A DNA stretch of 64,000 nt from an uncultured virus (IMG/VR IMGVR_UViG_3300020055_000013) (Duplodnaviria; Heunggongvirae; Uroviricota; Caudoviricetes): IMG/VR virus record IMGVR_UViG_3300020055_000013; one strand, given 5' to 3'. Position 1 is the first letter of the stretch; each line of letters opens with the position of its first letter. Under the pieces are notes generated by a model. That model made no database searches and had not been told where the DNA came from. It saw only the letters and a list, made by a program, of their open reading frames with translations. Made by a program: the position numbers and the translations under genes. This document shows, one piece after another, positions 58,760-64,000 of this stretch.

Positions 58760-61603
58760 TTATGGTAGCGGATTTTGTGAAGATGGACATGGAACAACGT
58801 CTATGATTGTATTATGTATAGTTTCTTGACAAGAACCTGTATTATCCTTTGGCAAGCAAGGGGCTACTGGATCAAAAACTGATGGATTACAATCAGATAA
58901 ATAAATGTCAGATAGCGAAGAAGAAGATCCGTTGTGAGATTGTATTATCTGTAGCTGTTGAGATTGAGAAAGTCCACAGCAAGAATTAAGTATAACTTCT
59001 TGATAGCTATTAGATGTTGGTTCGCAGGAATCGCTTCCAGAATCAGAGCAATCAAGAATCTGGCTACATATAACATAGATAACATTGTCACATGGAACGG
59101 GCGGTTGTGTGGTTGTAGTTGTAGTTGTTGCGTCAGGCTCGTTATAAGTTTTAATTGGCTCAGATTCGCTACCTAACTTGAGTAAAATTTCACCTCCAGC
59201 AACTGGAACATTTACGGGTACAAAAATATGTCCAATTAAATTTGGATTACTTCCATAACTTATGCCCCTTGTGACACGAACGGTATATTCATTTGTATTA
59301 GAGGGTCTGGGATATGGTAAGTTAGTCATGCCGGGTACTGATTCAGAAACTATAGCAGTAACTGTTGGCCTATCATACCAAGTGTAGTATGGACTAGCAG
59401 TATCAGCTTGATCTAGTCTGTACTCATAACCCGGAGATGTATGCCAAGTAAAAATAAAACCATCCTCAATAGATGAATTTCCTGAGAAATTATTAGCCCA
59501 ACCGGCTCTTAGCTGCTTTGTAATTACATATTCATCTAAGTAAACATTTTGAATATTGTTATCTATTTTTACTTTTACGGGATATCTGGGTGGAGGCGGC
59601 GGGGGAGGAGTTGTTGTAACATTTGCGCCATCGATGGTAACTAAAGCAACGCCTCCATCCGTTGGCATTTCAAGCAATCTTATCTCTATAGAAGCGCTAC
59701 TGAAAGAAGAATTATTTATTTGTCCAGTAATATATTCTGAATCACTTTTGATAGAAACTCCTGATAGTCCTACTGATGGAATATTTGAAGTAAGAGATAG
59801 GATTCTGGCATAATCTTCTGGAGTTTGAGTCGCAATGCTAGAAAATTTGAAAGAAGTAAGTTCATCAGAATTAAGTCTAATTGTTGAATTAGGAACATTA
59901 TTTTTCACAAACACTATAAAATCAAATTCTGGTGGAGGAGTTGTAGTTGGAGGACCAGCGGTAAGCGTCACGCATATTTTATCTTCTCTTTCACTTCTTA
60001 TCATACCCTTTTTGAAATACAATACAGCATAAATATTATCTATAAGTGGATTACCTTCTTCGTCAACAGAGTTGGGGTTTTCTACGTTGAAGGTAAAGTT
60101 GTAAAATCTATTTTCTTGGAAGTAGTTATAGAAAGAACTAGTTGAAGCTGAATGGTTTAGCCAAGTAATGTGTGGCTGACTAGACCAAGATGCCAAATCT
60201 TCTATATGCTGAGTAGGCTCGCTTTGATATTCTCCACTATTTTGAACCAAAAACAATCTGCCATGATCAAGAAGGCTAGAGTAAGCTAGATAGTTATCTT
60301 CTAGACTCGTATTAACAGTAGCATAAAATTGACCCCCTTGATTGATTTGCATCCACAAAGCATTTACATCTGAGTGCTTGCCACCTAAACAGCCAATAGC
60401 TGGAACCTCGGCAGTACCGTGACCAGTAAAGCTCCATTCCTCAAATGGTAAGATGACTCCAGTGGGCGCAAAGTTTCCCCATACACCCTTAACTGTCTGG
60501 CCGTTAACACGGTAGGAATAAGCTGGATAAGTTCCGTCTTTAGGAAGAGTAACTGGCTTGTTGCATTCTACTAGATTTATTTTAACATTTTCAACAACCC
60601 TTCTGAATCGTTCGTTTCTAAAATAATCTTCTGCAATAATATTAACACTTAGCTCCTGTGGCTCATCTATATACTTAGTTAGGTAAAGTTCAGTATTTAC
60701 TAGATCAAATTTGTCAGCGTCTGGACCATCTAGGAAAAGCTTTTGGGGGCCGCAAGTGTTTAAAAGATTAACGTCAAAAACTTTGAGATAAATATCATCA
60801 TACTGAGGAGCTTGAGTGGTCGTGGTTGTGGTCGTTACAACATCGTCTGAAGGAACATCTGTTAACCAAAAAATTTGAGAATCTTCTGTAACAGATCCTA
60901 TTTGTGAAATATGTCCCTTAAATCCAGTATCTAAAGCAGAGTTGTCTAAGGTGAAAGTTTTCGGTATTCCAAAGGACATGCTATCGTCAGTAATTACAGA
61001 AGAATATCGAATTTCTTCAGCGTCCGTAAATATAACATTATCTCCAATATTGGAAAATGGAGAAAGATCTATAAGACCTGAAACAATATTTTCATCAGAC
61101 TCATTCCACTTAAATGAAAATTCAGAATCAAGAAAACTAAAAGATCTTTTACTGGGAATAGAGTGTAGCAAATGAAACCATTCTCCAGTAAAGAATCCGC
61201 TACCCTTATAATGAACTCTGTTTAAAATATGAAGTTGAACTGAGTCTGGCATTTTAGAGCCAGACAGAGCATTATAAGACGGAATTAAGACATAGAGATC
61301 ATAATCATCAAGACCATTTAATCCTTCTTTATACCAAGGGTGAATCAGGGTTGCATTAAAATATCCCATGCTTTGAAATAAAGAGTGGAGCTTATTGTCA
61401 AAAGTGCTATATCCATTTGAGAAAATTGCTATTGACCTAGAAGCCCCAGCATTCCTGCAAGCCCATAAGCAAGAATTTAGGAAAAGTCTTACAAAAAAAT
61501 CTGTATTTACTTCTGATAGATTTTCTAGATTAATAGCCTTGGTCATAGAGGCGACTCGACCGTTGCCATACTGTCTGCCAGCTACACCTATTGTTTGAGC
61601 CAT
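58760..61603 (-). CDS. Multidomain structural protein with Thr/Pro linkers and Cys-rich C-terminus
   Basis: TTTTTTTQAP, PPTTTPPP, TTTPPPPPPP, TTTTTTTQPP linkers; LDGPDADKFDL cadherin-like motif. Confidence 0.65.
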   Translation of the reverse strand: MAQTIGVAGRQYGNGRVASMTKAINLENLSEVNTDFFVRLFLNSCLWACRNAGASRSIAIFSNGYSTFDNKLHSLFQSMGYFNATLIHPWYKEGLNGLDDYDLYVLIPSYNALSGSKMPDSVQLHILNRVHYKGSGFFTGEWFHLLHSIPSKRSFSFLDSEFSFKWNESDENIVSGLIDLSPFSNIGDNVIFTDAEEIRYSSVITDDSMSFGIPKTFTLDNSALDTGFKGHISQIGSVTEDSQIFWLTDVPSDDVVTTTTTTTQAPQYDDIYLKVFDVNLLNTCGPQKLFLDGPDADKFDLVNTELYLTKYIDEPQELSVNIIAEDYFRNERFRRVVENVKINLVECNKPVTLPKDGTYPAYSYRVNGQTVKGVWGNFAPTGVILPFEEWSFTGHGTAEVPAIGCLGGKHSDVNALWMQINQGGQFYATVNTSLEDNYLAYSSLLDHGRLFLVQNSGEYQSEPTQHIEDLASWSSQPHITWLNHSASTSSFYNYFQENRFYNFTFNVENPNSVDEEGNPLIDNIYAVLYFKKGMIRSEREDKICVTLTAGPPTTTPPPEFDFIVFVKNNVPNSTIRLNSDELTSFKFSSIATQTPEDYARILSLTSNIPSVGLSGVSIKSDSEYITGQINNSSFSSASIEIRLLEMPTDGGVALVTIDGANVTTTPPPPPPPRYPVKVKIDNNIQNVYLDEYVITKQLRAGWANNFSGNSSIEDGFIFTWHTSPGYEYRLDQADTASPYYTWYDRPTVTAIVSESVPGMTNLPYPRPSNTNEYTVRVTRGISYGSNPNLIGHIFVPVNVPVAGGEILLKLGSESEPIKTYNEPDATTTTTTTQPPVPCDNVIYVICSQILDCSDSGSDSCEPTSNSYQEVILNSCCGLSQSQQLQIIQSHNGSSSSLSDIYLSDCNPSVFDPVAPCLPKDNTGSCQETIHNTIIDVVPCPSSQNPLP

Positions 61604-64000
61604 TTATACACCTACTATATTTTCTCTTGTTCCAAAGTCTAACATGTAGTGATAAGTTTTATTGCTATTGATGGTTGTAAAACTTCCGACATATCTAAAG
61701 TTAAATTTGTTAACAACACTGGAAGATAGCAGTGTTCTTTGAGAGCCATTAAACTCAAGAACTTCTATGACCATAAAGCCATCTATATCGTCATCTCCGT
61801 CGCCAAATTGATTAAAGTTTGTTACAGAACAAATATAGTCAAAGGATATTCTCATTTCTACATATCGTACACCAGCATCATCTTGTTCCACAAAGAAAGA
61901 ACGAACAGTGTCAATGCTATTGTTTTGAGGTTCTGGATAAAATAAAAAGTAATTTGTGTTTCTAAATTCGGCTCCGGTTTGTGGATCTAGAAGGCGTAAG
62001 TTATAATTGCTCGGAAGAGAGTCTACGTATTCTTCGTGCGTGTCTATAGACCGTGGCAGTTCAAAGTAAATACCGTTATACCAAGGCTCTCCAGCCTTAT
62101 TGACCGTTTCACTTATAGACCCTGCGATACTAGCTGGAAATTGAGAATTAGATACAAAAATCTGCAATGGATTCAGTAATGCTTCAGAGTCTGAAGGCTT
62201 GGAATAGGTGTTATCTTCATTGAGAACAAATTCAGCAGTATGATATAGTTTTTCACAAAACGGTATGATTGGCTGATCTGTAGTAGTTGTTGTAGTAGTA
62301 GTTGGTGTTACACCACTAATGTTTATATAGGTAAGGGCATTTGTTAGCGGCCTGTCAGGCATAATGAAAGGTATACCAAGATAAATTTTAGAATTATCTG
62401 CATCTTTGTTTACAGATATTTCATCATAAAGAACACTTGAAGCACCATCTCCAAAAATATCTATAAATGGATCTTCATAAAATACATATCCTTCTGTTGC
62501 CGTTATTGTTGCGTTTGCGGTTTTTCTACTGCCAGCATTGCCGTTTAAAGTAATGGCAGCTGGTTCAATTGTTCCGAACCCGATAGACCCATCAAAAGAC
62601 ATGGAGAAAGATAATGAATCTGGCGATAAAGTTGTAGTAGTTGTAGTTGTAGTAACAGTAGTTGCTGAAGCTGAAGACGGAATGCTATCGCCTGCGCTAT
62701 TAGAGGCAATAACTTCTATTTTGTAGGTGGTTTGGTTTTCTAAACTTAATAATGAATACACTTTTGTTACAAATAAATCTGAACCAATATTGACCGCAAC
62801 CTCTTCTACAGACTCAGCTGAAATAGTGATAGAATTAAGTAGTGTGTTTGATATGTCTAAAATCCTAAAAGTATATGAAGAAATTGGAGAAGATCCAAAA
62901 TCAGTAGGATCATTCCAACGTAATGTAATTTTTTGAAATTCACCTGTTGCTGAAAGATTTTCTACTGGACTAGGCGGGGTTGGTGGTAGCGTTGTCGTGG
63001 TTGTGGGGGCGGGCGTTGTTACTGGAATATAACCAATCAAACAAAATCCCTTTCCACCACGACCCCCATTGCCAGCGCCACCGCCACCAAGGCCGTCTAT
63101 GCCATCTTTATATATTGTGCCACCTCCACCGCCTAAGCTTCTATTTAATACTAATCCACCAAAATCGTCTCCAGCACCTCCACCGCCGTAGTGCTTGTAA
63201 GATTTGTAATCAAAAGTAATAGCAGCTCCATTTCCACCAGAACCTGCGGAGCGTAAGATAGAATTATCGTCGTTAAATGGTGCGTTTTTTCCATCTTCGC
63301 CAGCGCCTCCACCTCCACCTCCACCGTAGTTTGATGATGAAGATCCACCGTTGTATCCGCCGAGACCTAATCCTCCAGAGCTATCGCTGCGACCACCAGC
63401 GCCGCCACCATTAGCTCCATCATGAGCATTAGATTCAAACGGTGTGCCACCAGCGCCTCCACCAATAGATCTTATTCCTATCTCTTTTATTGAAGTCTCT
63501 TCTCCGTCTGCGCCTGATTGTCCACCTTTTCCAATTTTTATGCTGTAAGCACCTTTTGGAAAATTGAAAGAACTACGCTTAACACCACCACCGCCGCCGC
63601 CACCGCCGCCGTCAAATGGTCCACCGCCACCGCCGCCACCAACCATTAAGAATTCTATTTTGGCGTATTCGAAATTTTCATCAGAATAAGGAGATATATA
63701 GAATATTCCATCATTAAAAAACTGATGAAATATCATATTGCCACTAGAAAACTGTTGATCGCCACCAAAAGCGTCAAAATACATGGGTGGCAATGTAGTA
63801 CCAAATGAAGGGCATCCAATATGAGACCCGGAATCTGGTATAACTATTTCATCAAATAGAAATTGTGGAGGTAATGTTGTTTGAGTTGTCGTGGAGGTAG
63901 TTGTTGTCGTGAATACAGACGTATAGGCATCATTCTGCGGAGCAGATCTTATTCTTCTAGATCTTTGATCAGACCTAAAACATCCGGTTGGTTCGCATTC
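61604..64000 (-). CDS. Glycine-rich + Fn3 structural protein with Thr linkers, 5'-partial
   Basis: Frame is open from 64000 (ECEPTGCFRS...TTTTTSTTTQTTLPP...) through the track start 63793; GGGGGG/GGGAGG domain; Fn3 PSPVENLSA...LRWNDP...YKIEVIASNSAG. Confidence 0.75.
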   Translation of the reverse strand, partial: ECEPTGCFRSDQRSRRIRSAPQNDAYTSVFTTTTTSTTTQTTLPPQFLFDEIVIPDSGSHIGCPSFGTTLPPMYFDAFGGDQQFSSGNMIFHQFFNDGIFYISPYSDENFEYAKIEFLMVGGGGGGGPFDGGGGGGGGGVKRSSFNFPKGAYSIKIGKGGQSGADGEETSIKEIGIRSIGGGAGGTPFESNAHDGANGGGAGGRSDSSGGLGLGGYNGGSSSSNYGGGGGGGAGEDGKNAPFNDDNSILRSAGSGGNGAAITFDYKSYKHYGGGGAGDDFGGLVLNRSLGGGGGTIYKDGIDGLGGGGAGNGGRGGKGFCLIGYIPVTTPAPTTTTTLPPTPPSPVENLSATGEFQKITLRWNDPTDFGSSPISSYTFRILDISNTLLNSITISAESVEEVAVNIGSDLFVTKVYSLLSLENQTTYKIEVIASNSAGDSIPSSASATTVTTTTTTTTLSPDSLSFSMSFDGSIGFGTIEPAAITLNGNAGSRKTANATITATEGYVFYEDPFIDIFGDGASSVLYDEISVNKDADNSKIYLGIPFIMPDRPLTNALTYINISGVTPTTTTTTTTDQPIIPFCEKLYHTAEFVLNEDNTYSKPSDSEALLNPLQIFVSNSQFPASIAGSISETVNKAGEPWYNGIYFELPRSIDTHEEYVDSLPSNYNLRLLDPQTGAEFRNTNYFLFYPEPQNNSIDTVRSFFVEQDDAGVRYVEMRISFDYICSVTNFNQFGDGDDDIDGFMVIEVLEFNGSQRTLLSSSVVNKFNFRYVGSFTTINSNKTYHYMLDFGTRENIVGV

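Noticed and set aside
400..63348. Numerous 60-170 aa opposite-strand or nested ORFs in the track
   Set aside because: They overlap longer motif-bearing genes, lack RBS/motifs and oppose operon direction.
1..64000. Stop-codon reassignment
   Set aside because: Code 11 gives near-complete coding density with very long ORFs, and TAA, TAG and TGA all end genes at tight junctions.

Overview
Fragment of a large, AT-rich tailed-phage genome (standard code 11, dense translationally coupled genes); host cannot be determined from this window. The + strand (1-11.6 kb) carries a replication/modification block: a DNA polymerase III alpha (DnaE) gene fractured into two ORFs with a DEDDh proofreading exonuclease and an HNH endonuclease between the halves, SSB, a cluster of glycosyltransferase/sugar-modification-like genes (with the remnant of a deleted RgpF-like paralog), a Vsr/DUF559-like endonuclease, a probable ssDNA-annealing protein and a zinc-ribbon protein. 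A bidirectional terminator at ~11.68 kb separates it from a 52-kb minus-strand virion module: Thr-rich multidomain fibre/adhesin proteins, tail fibres, neck proteins, probable tail tube, two paralogous chaperone-like genes, a 2388-aa tape measure protein, a 4077-aa FG-GAP propeller protein and baseplate-like genes. Most notable: (1) inverted repeats that let the tail-tube 5' leader pair with the RBS/start of the next gene, one of a duplicated chaperone pair, possibly replacing the G/GT frameshift; (2) intein-less fractured DnaE; (3) a tape measure protein with five repeated FAxGG...GEFV modules and a possible PD-(D/E)xK cargo; (4) mucin-like Thr tracts in virion proteins plus phage glycosyltransferases; (5) a recurring GTGTAT(A/T)(A/T) candidate late promoter. 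All product calls are by-eye motif recognition, not database searches.
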